64,000 bases of DNA, from NCBI GenBank assembly GCA_046048135.1, contig JBJOGR010000036.1:4164-68163 (forward strand), given 5' to 3'. A program made the translations under genes and the position numbers. Below the pieces are notes generated by a model. That model made no database searches. It was not told where the DNA came from and saw nothing but the letters and a program-made list of their open reading frames with translations. The DNA comes from Actinomycetota bacterium (GTDB taxonomy: Bacteria > Actinomycetota > Actinomycetes > S36-B12 > UBA5976). Below, in pieces: positions 45,023 to 55,101 of this stretch; positions within the stretch are counted from its first letter, which is position 1; each line of letters opens with the position of its first letter.

Positions 45023-46612
45023 TTGACAAAGAAAAAAGTTATTGTGCTGCCCGTAAAATATGTTGCAGCAGGTCCAGGAGATCCACAACTAATTACCTTA
45101 CGTGGTATTAATGCCATAAAAGAAGCAGAATTAATTATTGCCGATGTCAACACCATGGAAATTGCTACAGCACATGCAAACGAAAATGCAGATGTTGTTG
45201 CAGCAGTTGATGAAGATGGCGTGCCAATGGCACCAGCTGTCAGAGCACGTATTGCAATTGATGCTGCAAAAGAAGGCGCTGTCGTTGTAAGACTTTGTGC
45301 AGGAGATCCTGTTGTTGAAGATGGACTATCTGTTGAAGTTTCCACATTAGCTAAATCAAAAATTGAATTTGAATACATTCCAGGAGTTTCACCAATTACA
45401 GCAGTTCCAACTCATGCTGGAATTTCTCTTTTTGCCAATAAAGGAAAAGAAGTACACGTCATTAATGGTTCAGAACCAATAGATTGGTCACTTCATTTGG
45501 ATCCAAATATTCCAATCGTGATCATTAATGCAGCAGATAAAGCACCAGCAATTGCAAGTGCACTGATTGCTCGCGGCCGCGATGCTGCAACTCCAATTTC
45601 AGTAACTCGTGATGGAAGTACTACAGACCAAAGAACAATTGTTTCAACTTTGGAAAACATTGCGGTAGTTGCAAAAGCAGCTAGACAATCTGGCCCAGGA
45701 GTAATTGTTATTGGTGATGCAATTAATCATCGCGATAAATATCAATGGTTTGAAAACAAACCTCTTTTTGGTTGGAAAGTTTTGGTTCCAAGAACAAAAG
45801 AAGATTCAGAAGATTTTCAAAAAATGTTGGCAGTTTATGGTGCGGTTTCTAATGAAGTACCAACAATTTCTGTTGAGCCTCCAAGAACTCCGCAACAAAT
45901 GGAAAGAGCAGTACACGGACTAGTTTCTGGAAGATTTCAATGGGTTGTCTTTACAAGCACAAATGCAGTAAGAGCTGTGAAAGATAAATTCATTGATTAT
46001 GGTTTAGATGCAAGAGCTTTTGCTGGATTAAAAGTTGCTGCAATTGGTCAACAAGTTATTGATGCATTAGTTGAATTTGGTGTTAAACCAGATTTATTTC
46101 CAACTAAAGAACATAATTCAGAAGGATTATTAGAAGTTTGGCCAAAATATGATCAAGTACTTGATCCAATTAATCGCGTATTTTTACCGCGCGCAGATAT
46201 TGCAACCGAAACATTAGTTGAAGGAATGCAAGCAAAAGGTTGGGAAGTAGAAGACATAGTTGCATTTAGAACTGTAAGAGCTGCACCACCTCCTGCTCAT
46301 ACACGAGAACAAATTAAAACTGGTGGCTTTGATGCAGTGCTATTTACATCTGCAAGCACCGTTAGAAATCTTGTTGGTATTGCAGGAAAACCACATGCTT
46401 CAACAGTGGTTGCAGTAATTGGACCTCAAACTGCACAAGCTGCACAAGAACATGGATTAAGAGTTGATGTGCAAGCAGAATCTCCAAATGTTTCTGTACT
46501 TATTGACGCTTTGGCAGAACATGGTGAGAAATTGCGTTTAGCTGCAATTGAAAATGGCGATAACGTGTGGCGTCCAAGTAAACGTCGTAGTTCAATGCGT
46601 CGCAGACACTAA
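45023..46612 (+). CDS. hemD: Uroporphyrinogen-III methyltransferase-like/uroporphyrinogen-III synthase fusion (CobA-HemD)
   Basis: AGPGDPQLITLRG, PGVSP; WFENKPLFGWKVLVPRTK, VFTSTNAV, FTSASTVRN, IGPQTA. Confidence 0.92.
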   Translation: MTKKKVIVLPVKYVAAGPGDPQLITLRGINAIKEAELIIADVNTMEIATAHANENADVVAAVDEDGVPMAPAVRARIAIDAAKEGAVVVRLCAGDPVVEDGLSVEVSTLAKSKIEFEYIPGVSPITAVPTHAGISLFANKGKEVHVINGSEPIDWSLHLDPNIPIVIINAADKAPAIASALIARGRDAATPISVTRDGSTTDQRTIVSTLENIAVVAKAARQSGPGVIVIGDAINHRDKYQWFENKPLFGWKVLVPRTKEDSEDFQKMLAVYGAVSNEVPTISVEPPRTPQQMERAVHGLVSGRFQWVVFTSTNAVRAVKDKFIDYGLDARAFAGLKVAAIGQQVIDALVEFGVKPDLFPTKEHNSEGLLEVWPKYDQVLDPINRVFLPRADIATETLVEGMQAKGWEVEDIVAFRTVRAAPPPAHTREQIKTGGFDAVLFTSASTVRNLVGIAGKPHASTVVAVIGPQTAQAAQEHGLRVDVQAESPNVSVLIDALAEHGEKLRLAAIENGDNVWRPSKRRSSMRRRH

Positions 46613-46621
46613 GAAGAAGTT

Positions 46622-47263
46622 ATGGCCAAAAAAACCCAAGTCCACGTCTTAAGGCATGGGGAAGTTTTTAATCCAGAAAAAATTCTTTATGGAAGATTGC
46701 CTGGCTATAAACTTTCTGATCTTGGTCTAAAAATGGCAGAACGAGCTGCAGATTTTTTTGCTGATAAGAATATTTCTTTAGTGGTTTCATCTCCCTTAGA
46801 AAGAGCACAGCAAACAGCTTTACCAACTGCTAAAAAACATAATCTAGATATTGAATCAGATGATTTATTAATTGAAGCAGAAAATGTATTCGAAGGAAAA
46901 AAAGTTTCAGTAGGAGATGGTGCGTTAAGAGAACCTAAGAATTGGTGGCATTTAAGAAATCCCATAACACCTTCTTGGGGTGAACCATATAAAAAAGTTG
47001 CAGAAAGAATGCGTACCGCCATTTTTTCAGCAAGAGATGTTGCAAAAGGCAAAGAAGCATTACTTGTTTCTCATCAATTACCAATTTGGATAGCACGCTT
47101 GTCAGCTGAAGGTAGATCATTTGTTCATGATCCAAGAAAAAGACAATGCAGTTTAGCTAGTGTTACAACATTTGTTTTCGATGGTGATTCATTAGTCGCA
47201 GTTGAATATCAAGAACCAGCAGCAGATCTATTAAAAGATGCAAGCAAAATTTCTGGGGCGTAG
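46622..47263 (+). CDS. Histidine phosphatase family protein (Rv0525-like)
   Basis: RHGEV.NP..LYGRLPG, SSPLERAQQTA, VSHQLPIW. Confidence 0.9.
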   Translation: MAKKTQVHVLRHGEVFNPEKILYGRLPGYKLSDLGLKMAERAADFFADKNISLVVSSPLERAQQTALPTAKKHNLDIESDDLLIEAENVFEGKKVSVGDGALREPKNWWHLRNPITPSWGEPYKKVAERMRTAIFSARDVAKGKEALLVSHQLPIWIARLSAEGRSFVHDPRKRQCSLASVTTFVFDGDSLVAVEYQEPAADLLKDASKISGA

Positions 47264-47816
47264 TTTTAAGTTATTAATCATTTCATTATTAATAACATCT
47301 TGTGCTACTCCAGTTTCTAATATTTCTAGTGATTCAGAATCTGGATTTGTATCAGGAAATGGCACTTCTGTTTTTTTGAACAAAACTGAAAGAAAACCAG
47401 CACCTGAATTAAAAGATGTTGAATTTTTATCGTCTGAAATAAATTTAAATAGTTTAAAAAATAAAGTTGTTTTGATTAACGTTTGGGGTTCTTGGTGTAG
47501 TCCTTGTCGAAAAGAAGCTGCCGAATTAGAAGAGCTTTATTTAAAGAATAAAGCTAATAATGTGGAATTTATTGGAATTAATATAAGAGATTCAAAGATC
47601 TCGGCAAATAAATTTATTGAAAATTTTTCAATAACTTATCCAAATATTTTTGACCGAGATGGAAAACTCTTACTTGGTTATAAGGATTCACTCCCGCCAA
47701 ATTCAATTCCATCGACAATCCTGATTGATAAAAATGGTCTTGTTGCAGCAAGACAACTTGGACCAATTGATAAATCATTGATTCAAGGTTTTATTTCAGA
47801 GCTGGTTGAAGAATGA
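47238..47816 (+). CDS. TlpA/ResA-like thiol-disulfide reductase lipoprotein
   Basis: Lipobox LITSC, WGSWCSPCRKE, cis-Pro segment IPST. Confidence 0.9.
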   Translation: MQAKFLGRSFKLLIISLLITSCATPVSNISSDSESGFVSGNGTSVFLNKTERKPAPELKDVEFLSSEINLNSLKNKVVLINVWGSWCSPCRKEAAELEELYLKNKANNVEFIGINIRDSKISANKFIENFSITYPNIFDRDGKLLLGYKDSLPPNSIPSTILIDKNGLVAARQLGPIDKSLIQGFISELVEE

Positions 47817-48550
47817 CATTACTTACAGACGGCTCTCTTTTCTTAGCAATACTTGTTGCATTTTTTGCAGGAATTATTTCATTTCTTTCCCCGTGTGTTT
47901 TGCCTTTAGTGCCAGGTTATTTAACGGTAATTACGGGAATGAGCAATGACCAGAATAATAAAATAACTAAATCAAAAGCAGTACTTGCAACTTTTTTATT
48001 CATACTTGGATTTGGTTTAGTTTTTGTATCGATAGGAATGTTTTTTGGAAGTTTGGGAGGCTGGTTACTTTCTAATATAGAAATCTTAGAAAGAATTTTT
48101 GGAATTATTATTATTTTACTAGGATTAAGTTATTTAGGATTTATTAATATTTTCAATAGGGAATATAAATTTAAATTTAAATTTAAATCTGAGCAAGGCT
48201 TATTTGGGGCATTTATTCTAGGTTTTGTTTTTTCACTTGGTTGGACTCCTTGTATTGGACCAACATTGGCTGCAGTTCAATCACTAGCGTTTAGTGAAGG
48301 AACTTTGTTTAGAGGTGCAATTTTGTCAGCTTCTTATTCACTTGGCTTGGGAATTCCTTTTATTGTCTTAACAATACTTTTTGAAAAATCTTTAAAAACA
48401 GTTAAATGGTTAAGAAAAAAACAAAAATTATTTATAACAGTTGGTGGAATTTTATTAATTATTCTAGGTTTACTTTTAGTTAGTGGATTGTGGAATTTAG
48501 TAAGTATTGAGCTAAGAGTGTTCATGGCAGGATTTACCCCACTCATATGA
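47813..48550 (+). CDS. ccdA: Cytochrome c biogenesis protein CcdA
   Basis: SFLSPCVLPLVPGY and GWTPCIGP. Confidence 0.95.
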   Translation: MTLLTDGSLFLAILVAFFAGIISFLSPCVLPLVPGYLTVITGMSNDQNNKITKSKAVLATFLFILGFGLVFVSIGMFFGSLGGWLLSNIEILERIFGIIIILLGLSYLGFINIFNREYKFKFKFKSEQGLFGAFILGFVFSLGWTPCIGPTLAAVQSLAFSEGTLFRGAILSASYSLGLGIPFIVLTILFEKSLKTVKWLRKKQKLFITVGGILLIILGLLLVSGLWNLVSIELRVFMAGFTPLI

Positions 48551-50079
48551 AAAGTAAGCAAATATCCCCGAAGCAAAGAACAGAAACAGTTCTGCCACCT
48601 CTAAATTTTTTCGGCTTTATTAGATGGACTTGGCGTCAATTAACAAGTATGAATACTGCTTTACTTCTGCTTTTATTTGTTGCTCTAGCAGCAATTCCAG
48701 GATCCATATTGCCTCAGAAAACAGCTTCGTTGATTCGAGTTAATAATTGGAAATCAGAAAATCCAAATCTTGCACCATTGTTTGAAAATTTAAGTTTTTT
48801 TGATGTTTATGGCTCTGTCTGGTTTTCAGCAATTTATATATTGCTCATGATTTCTATCATTGGATGTGTTATTCCAAGATTAAAAGTTTATTTTGAAAAC
48901 TGGAAAGAAAAACCAACAAAGTCACCAAGTGTTATTACAAATTTTGCAAATTATCAAAAAGTAAAAATAAGTAAAGTTTCCATAAAAAAAATTGAAGAAA
49001 TAGCTACTCAAAAAAGTTGGAGAACTTTTTTAAATAATAATTCTTTAACTATTGAAAAAGGATATACAAGAGAAGCTGGAAATTTACTTTTTCACTTTAG
49101 TTTGATAATAATTACTGTCGCTCTTGCCTTTGGAGCTTTATTTAGTTACCGCGGAACAGTTGTTGTAAAAGAAAATACAGGTTTTTCAAACACAATAACG
49201 CAATACGATGATTTTAGAGCAGGTCGTTTCTTTTCTGAAACACAATTACCAAATTTCTTTTTCATACTAAATGATTTTCAAGTTGATTTCGAACGAAGTG
49301 AGATTCAAAGAGGTGCTCCGCGAAAATTTGAAGCCAATATAACTTTGAACAACAATGAAACTTTTAATGTTTATGTAAACAAACCAATTAATTTCATGGG
49401 AACCAAAATATTTTTAACAGGTCATGGTTATGCACCCGTTATTACAGTTAGAGATAAAAATAAACAAGTTTTGTTTTCTGACTCAGTAGTATTTTTGCCC
49501 CAAGATGGAAATTTTTCTTCAACTGGAGTGGTCAAAATTCCAGATACAAATCCTCAATTAGGTATTGAGGCTAGGTTTTTGCCAACTGCGATTGTTGATC
49601 CAGTCACTGGTCCTACTTCCACATTTCCAGCTTTAGATAATCCTGAAATATTTATGTCATTGTGGCAAGGTGATTTAGGAGTAAATTCTGGAATTTCGCA
49701 AAGTATTTACAAACTAGATACTTCTAAAATGACTCAGATTGGTTTAGAAGAATTAAAACCAGGACAATCTTGGACAACAGATAGTGAATATGTGATTAGT
49801 TTTGATGAAGTTAAGCAATTTGCATCATTTCAAATCGCCTATGAGCCAGGTCGATTCTTGGCACTATTTGGTGCAATCTTTGCCATGGTGGGAATGATTT
49901 TTGGATTAGGTGTGCAAAGAAGAAAAATCTTTATCAAAATGCCTGCTAAATCCTCATCTAGTAATGTTATTGAAATAGCAGGAATCGCTAAAGAAAATCA
50001 TGACTTAGAGAAAGATATTTTAAAATTGTTAAACGAATTAGGATTTAAGAAAAGCAAGAAAGTTAGCAGAGAAATATGA
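48547..50079 (+). CDS. resB: Cytochrome c biogenesis protein ResB
   Basis: LTSMNTALLLL, PGSILPQ, GNLLFH, large extracytoplasmic loop. Confidence 0.9.
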   Translation: MKSKQISPKQRTETVLPPLNFFGFIRWTWRQLTSMNTALLLLLFVALAAIPGSILPQKTASLIRVNNWKSENPNLAPLFENLSFFDVYGSVWFSAIYILLMISIIGCVIPRLKVYFENWKEKPTKSPSVITNFANYQKVKISKVSIKKIEEIATQKSWRTFLNNNSLTIEKGYTREAGNLLFHFSLIIITVALAFGALFSYRGTVVVKENTGFSNTITQYDDFRAGRFFSETQLPNFFFILNDFQVDFERSEIQRGAPRKFEANITLNNNETFNVYVNKPINFMGTKIFLTGHGYAPVITVRDKNKQVLFSDSVVFLPQDGNFSSTGVVKIPDTNPQLGIEARFLPTAIVDPVTGPTSTFPALDNPEIFMSLWQGDLGVNSGISQSIYKLDTSKMTQIGLEELKPGQSWTTDSEYVISFDEVKQFASFQIAYEPGRFLALFGAIFAMVGMIFGLGVQRRKIFIKMPAKSSSSNVIEIAGIAKENHDLEKDILKLLNELGFKKSKKVSREI

Positions 50080-50894
50080 ATCTAAACAATTTAAGTAATC
50101 TTTTTGTTTATTTCTCAATATTTATTTTGGCGACAAATTTAATTTTGTTTTCAATTGCCTTAACCCAAAAGAAAAAAAGTAAAATTACAAATGTTGCCAT
50201 GAGTTTAACTTGGCTAATCGGCTTATTTTTAGTTATTGCTTTAATTCTTCGAGGTATAGCTGCACAACGAGCACCTTGGGGGAATATGTATGAATTTGCT
50301 GTTTCATCTGTAACAGCAGTAATACTTACTTTTTTAATTGTTTCAATAAAGAAAAATATTCAATGGCTGGGAATTTTTGTAACAGTTCCTGCCATAATTT
50401 TATTAGGCCTTGCAGTCATTGTGCTGTACACAGAATCTGGTCCATTAGTACCAGCACTTAAATCAACTTGGCTATGGATTCACGTAAGTTCAGCCATAAT
50501 TTCTTACGGCGCTTTTTCTTTAAATTTTGGTTTGTCAATTATTTATTTACTAAAGACAAAAAATAAATTGAAATCTTTACCAAGTCTTAAACGAATTGAT
50601 GATTTTTCTTACAAAGTAGTTTTATTTGCTTTTCCTATTTGGACATTTTCAGTTATTTCAGGAGCAGTGTGGGCAGAAAATGCTTGGGGTAGATATTGGG
50701 GATGGGATCCAAAAGAGACATGGGCATTTATTACTTGGATTATTTATGCAGCTTATTTACATTCTCGAGTCACCATTGGCTGGAAAGGAACTAAATCTGC
50801 CTGGCTTGGCATAGCCGGATACACCGCAATAATTTTTAATTTCTTTGTTATAAATATTTGGGTAACAGGTCTTCATAGCTATGCAGGAATTTAA
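50076..50894 (+). CDS. c-type cytochrome biogenesis protein, ResC/CcsA type (annotated CcsB in actinobacteria)
   Basis: WWD domain WAENAWGRYWGWDPKETW, WLWIH, GLHSYA. Confidence 0.95.
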   Translation: MNLNNLSNLFVYFSIFILATNLILFSIALTQKKKSKITNVAMSLTWLIGLFLVIALILRGIAAQRAPWGNMYEFAVSSVTAVILTFLIVSIKKNIQWLGIFVTVPAIILLGLAVIVLYTESGPLVPALKSTWLWIHVSSAIISYGAFSLNFGLSIIYLLKTKNKLKSLPSLKRIDDFSYKVVLFAFPIWTFSVISGAVWAENAWGRYWGWDPKETWAFITWIIYAAYLHSRVTIGWKGTKSAWLGIAGYTAIIFNFFVINIWVTGLHSYAGI

Positions 50895-51146
50895 ATGAAA
50901 AGTATTTTTTCTTATACATTTTTACGATTTTTAATTCTTCTTTCTTTTACTGCCGTAGGCTATTTAATTGGATTAAGGGATCTAACTTTGATAGTGGTGG
51001 CATTTTTAGCTTCAGGCATCGTTAGCCTGTTTGTTTTAAATAAATCTAGAGATCAATTTTCAAGCTCAATTTCAGGATTTTTTCAAAAAATTAATAAAAG
51101 AATCAATGCAGCAGCTGAAAAAGAAGATAGAAATTTAGAAAATTAA
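50895..51146 (+). CDS. DUF4229-like small membrane protein
   Basis: YTFLRF start, two TM helices, tail ending in ED; position between ccs genes and menA. Confidence 0.65.
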   Translation: MKSIFSYTFLRFLILLSFTAVGYLIGLRDLTLIVVAFLASGIVSLFVLNKSRDQFSSSISGFFQKINKRINAAAEKEDRNLEN

Positions 51147-52042
51147 ATAGTTTCTAAGTAAAACGACAGACAAATTAATAAAGAGTAAAATAATTGAGTT
51201 TGACCTGTTACTACAAGGACAGGAATTAAATCTTTTCCCATAGATTTGTTTCTTACTCTTCTTATTGCATCATATGCAAATGGAAAACTTGCTAAATAAA
51301 ATGGAATAAAACTAAATGGCGAATTATCAAGTCGATTAAATAAGATTTCAATAAGAGGTAGTAAATATACAAGTACCAGTAAAGAGATGAAAAAAACGCG
51401 AGTTTTTGAATCTCCAAGTTTTACAGCTAAAGTGATTTTATTGTTTTCTTTATCTTTTTCACGATCACGAAGATTATTTGCAACTAAAATTGCGGTAGCA
51501 AAAAAGCCCATCACGACAGCATAAATTAAAAAATAAGTTTTAAAATATAAAGTCTGAGCATAAATAGTTCCTAACGTGGCAACTAAGCCAAAAAACACAA
51601 ATACAAAAATTTCGCCTAAACCAAGATATCCGTAAGGTTTAGGTCCTCCTGTATAAGTCCAAGCAGAAATTATTGCAACAGTACCAAGAATTAAAAACCA
51701 CCATTGTCTAGTCTCGATAGTTATCAATAGACCTGCTAATGCAGCAATAAAGAAAAATAAATATGCGGCTCTTTTCACGGATTTAGCAGATGCAAGTTTC
51801 TGACCTACTAATCTAACTGGACCTACGCGATCTGAATCAGTTCCTTTTATTCCATCTGAATAGTCATTAGCAAAATTAACTCCAATTTGAATAGTGATAC
51901 TTACAATGAGTGCAAGAAGTGCAATATATAAATTGAATGAATTTTCAAAATAAGCAATAGCCCATGCGACGATAACAGGAGAAATAGCAGCACCTAAGGT
52001 TTTAGGCCTACTTCCTTGAAACCAAATTTTTAAACTTGTCAT
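51143..52042 (-). CDS. menA: 1,4-dihydroxy-2-naphthoate polyprenyltransferase
   Basis: RPKTL, NFANDYSDG.KGTD, YTGGPKPYGY.GLGE, NNLRD. Confidence 0.95.
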   Translation of the reverse strand: MTSLKIWFQGSRPKTLGAAISPVIVAWAIAYFENSFNLYIALLALIVSITIQIGVNFANDYSDGIKGTDSDRVGPVRLVGQKLASAKSVKRAAYLFFFIAALAGLLITIETRQWWFLILGTVAIISAWTYTGGPKPYGYLGLGEIFVFVFFGLVATLGTIYAQTLYFKTYFLIYAVVMGFFATAILVANNLRDREKDKENNKITLAVKLGDSKTRVFFISLLVLVYLLPLIEILFNRLDNSPFSFIPFYLASFPFAYDAIRRVRNKSMGKDLIPVLVVTGQTQLFYSLLICLSFYLETI

Positions 52043-53208
52043 TTAAGTGAATCTATATCAACTTTGCCATTAGGCAGTAACGGAATCTCAAGTGCATTTT
52101 TAATAAAGCGAGGAACTGCAGCTTTGCCTAATTCATGTTCAATCGTTTTTTGTATTAAAGAAATTTCACAATTTCCAACTATTACTGCTGCAACAATTAC
52201 ACCCCATTTTTCATCCGGGATAGAAAACACCACAGCATCTTCTACGCCGACTTGATCTTTAATTAGATTTTCAATTGCATGTAATGAAATATTATTTCCA
52301 CCAGATACAACTATGTCATCATTTCTTCCAATAACTTTTAATTCATTGTTTTTTAATATTCCTAAATCTTTAGTCAAAACCCAACCATTATTAAATGTTG
52401 ATTGATTTAATTTATTTACTTCAATTGATTTGCCGTGATAACAAGTTGCATTTGAATCACTTTTGATCGCAATTTGTCCAACACCATCTTTAGCAGGATG
52501 ATCAATTCGAATTAAAACATTATTTAAAGCGATTCCATCCCAAACTACTCCACCGCAGGTCTCGGTCATTCCATAAGTTCTAATTAAATTGACACCTTCA
52601 TTTTTAAGTTGCTCATATAGTGAATTTGAAATTTGACCACCACCAATCAGCAATGCATCAAACTTTTTTAAAATTTCAGTGTGACCCAGCGAAACTAGAG
52701 TAGAAAGTTGGGCATTAACTAAAGAAGTCCTAACTTTTCTATTTTTTGAAATAACTTCCATTGCTTTAGAAACAAATAGATCTGGGTTAAATTTATCTGA
52801 TTCATCTAAGCCATAAATCCAATTTTGATTGCTAATTATTGCTCTTGCTAAAACCATTAATCCTCCGATAAATGCAGGATTAATTGCAAGAATCCAATCT
52901 GCTGGATCATTAAACATCTCATTAGTTTTATTTGCAGCATTGATCAATGCTTTAGTTGAAATTTCTACAGCTTTTGGATTGCCAGTAGTTCCACTTGTAC
53001 AAATAATTAAACCCGAATCGATTGAGCATTCTTCTTGGATATTAATTGCATTTTCATATCTTTTAGTAACTTTCTCACTTTTTGAAAAAGGAACTATTGC
53101 GTCAACTTCTTTTCCATTTAAAGAATTAGAAATGGCCCTACTTACTTCATGAGCAGCCTTACTGCCCATTGGTAATAAAAGTCGATTTGGAAAGATAAGA
53201 GTCATCAA
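52039..53208 (-). CDS. menE: o-succinylbenzoate--CoA ligase
   Basis: AMP-binding [23 protein letters not shown]...SGG, NGKVD; within men cluster. Confidence 0.88.
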   Translation of the reverse strand: MMTLIFPNRLLLPMGSKAAHEVSRAISNSLNGKEVDAIVPFSKSEKVTKRYENAINIQEECSIDSGLIICTSGTTGNPKAVEISTKALINAANKTNEMFNDPADWILAINPAFIGGLMVLARAIISNQNWIYGLDESDKFNPDLFVSKAMEVISKNRKVRTSLVNAQLSTLVSLGHTEILKKFDALLIGGGQISNSLYEQLKNEGVNLIRTYGMTETCGGVVWDGIALNNVLIRIDHPAKDGVGQIAIKSDSNATCYHGKSIEVNKLNQSTFNNGWVLTKDLGILKNNELKVIGRNDDIVVSGGNNISLHAIENLIKDQVGVEDAVVFSIPDEKWGVIVAAVIVGNCEISLIQKTIEHELGKAAVPRFIKNALEIPLLPNGKVDIDSLK

Positions 53209-53238
53209 TACCTAAGCGTAGAGAGTGAATCATTTCTA

Positions 53239-54105
53239 GTGAGTAATGAACCAGGAAAGACAACGATTGTTCCGGCATTGAATTGGCAAGCTCAAGGTCA
53301 ATGGCGAGATATTGAGTATCACGTCGCCGAGGGCATTGCCAAGATAACCATTAATAGACCTGAAAAAAGAAATGCATTTAGACCACAAACTGTTACTGAA
53401 TTAATTAAAGCTTTTGATATGGCTCGTGACGACAATGAAATTGGCGTAATCATTCTCACCGGAAAAGGTGATCTTGCGTTTTGTTCAGGTGGTGATCAAA
53501 GCATTAGAGGCGACGACGGTTACATGGGTGATGATGAAGTTGCTCAAAAAGGAATTGGTCGTTTAAACGTTTTAGATTTACAAGTTCAAATTAGAAGATT
53601 GCCTAAACCAGTTATTGCAATGATTGCAGGTTATGCAATTGGTGGTGGACATGTTTTACATGTTGTTTGTGATTTATCAATTGCTGCTGAAAATGCAAAA
53701 TTTGGCCAAACTGGTCCAAGAGTTGGATCATTCGACGGAGGATTTGGTTCAAGTTTGTTATCAAGACAAATTGGGTTGAAACGTGCAAAAGAAATTTGGT
53801 TTTTAACAAGACAATACGATGCCAAAACAGCACTTGAATGGGGATTAGTAAATGCAGTTGTTTCTTTAGAAGATTTAGAAAAAGAAACAGTTAAATGGGC
53901 AAAAGAAATGCTTCAACTTTCTCCGCTTTCATTACGTTTATTAAAAGCATCTTTTAATGCATCAGATGATGGCTTAGCTGGGGTTCAACAATTAGCAGGG
54001 GATGCAACTTTACTTTATTACATGAGTGAAGAAGCACAAGAAGGTAGAAATGCATACAAAGAAAAAAGAAAGCCAGATTTTAAGAAATTTCCAAAACGTC
54101 CATAA
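53239..54105 (+). CDS. menB: 1,4-dihydroxy-2-naphthoyl-CoA synthase
   Basis: [30 protein letters not shown]. Confidence 0.97.
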   Translation: MSNEPGKTTIVPALNWQAQGQWRDIEYHVAEGIAKITINRPEKRNAFRPQTVTELIKAFDMARDDNEIGVIILTGKGDLAFCSGGDQSIRGDDGYMGDDEVAQKGIGRLNVLDLQVQIRRLPKPVIAMIAGYAIGGGHVLHVVCDLSIAAENAKFGQTGPRVGSFDGGFGSSLLSRQIGLKRAKEIWFLTRQYDAKTALEWGLVNAVVSLEDLEKETVKWAKEMLQLSPLSLRLLKASFNASDDGLAGVQQLAGDATLLYYMSEEAQEGRNAYKEKRKPDFKKFPKRP

Positions 54106-54114
54106 TTTTAATTC

Positions 54115-55101
54115 ATGGAAATAATAGAAAAAAATGAAGCACTACAAGATATAAAAACTTTTCGAGTTGAATTAAAGCAACCAATGAAAAGCTATGCTTT
54201 TCGAGAAGGGGTTTTAATAAATGGCGAATATGGTTGGGCAGAATTTGCACCTTTTCCTCATCACTCAATAGAGCATTCAACAAGATGGCTTCAAGCTGCT
54301 TTAGAAATGGCTTGGTCAAAATTACCTGAACCAAAACTTAAAAAAGTTAAAACTAATGCAATCGTAGTTTCAGATGATGTAGAAAATGCAATTAATGCAG
54401 TCAAAAAAAGTGGAAGTAAAACTTTAAAAATAAAACTAACTGGTAAAAATATTGATCAAGAAATAAATACACTTAAAAAAATTAGTGACAAGATTGAAAA
54501 TATTAAATTTAGAATAGATTTCAATGGCGAACTAACTCTAGAAAACGCAATTTCGTTCAGCAATAAATCAGTTGGTCTACCTATTGAATATCTAGAACAA
54601 CCTTGTAAAACTCTAAATGAAAACAAGAAATTAAAACTAAAAGCAAAGACACCAATTGCAATTGATGAAAATTTTAGATTAGCCAATGATTCATTAGTCG
54701 AGGAGTTTGTTAAAGAAATACTTGAGAGTTGTGACTATTTGATAGTCAAAGTAATTCCTTTAGGAGGAATTAATAGGTTATTAAAACTTCAAGATTTGCT
54801 GCCTGCAGAATTTAATAGGATAGTGATTTCAGGTTCAATGGATACCAGCGTTGGCTTGTATTTATCGACATTGGCTCAATCTTTACTTGAACCAAAAACA
54901 GATTTAGTTGCAGGAGTAGGAACAGGGATGTTACTTAAAAACGATGTCACAACTAGTTCTCTTTTACCTGTAGATGGTTTAGTTGAAGTGAAAAGATTAA
55001 GTGTTGATTTAAATAAAATTGTCGAAAGCTCAAATAGAGATGCATTAATTAAAAAAGTCAATGAATGTTTTGATTTTGGTAGAAAAAACGGATGGTTTTA
55101 A
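54115..55101 (+). CDS. menC: o-succinylbenzoate synthase
   Basis: Enolase-superfamily residues KIK, RIDFNG, EQP, AIDE, IVKV; actinobacterial REGVL..GWAEFAPF. Confidence 0.88.
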   Translation: MEIIEKNEALQDIKTFRVELKQPMKSYAFREGVLINGEYGWAEFAPFPHHSIEHSTRWLQAALEMAWSKLPEPKLKKVKTNAIVVSDDVENAINAVKKSGSKTLKIKLTGKNIDQEINTLKKISDKIENIKFRIDFNGELTLENAISFSNKSVGLPIEYLEQPCKTLNENKKLKLKAKTPIAIDENFRLANDSLVEEFVKEILESCDYLIVKVIPLGGINRLLKLQDLLPAEFNRIVISGSMDTSVGLYLSTLAQSLLEPKTDLVAGVGTGMLLKNDVTTSSLLPVDGLVEVKRLSVDLNKIVESSNRDALIKKVNECFDFGRKNGWF

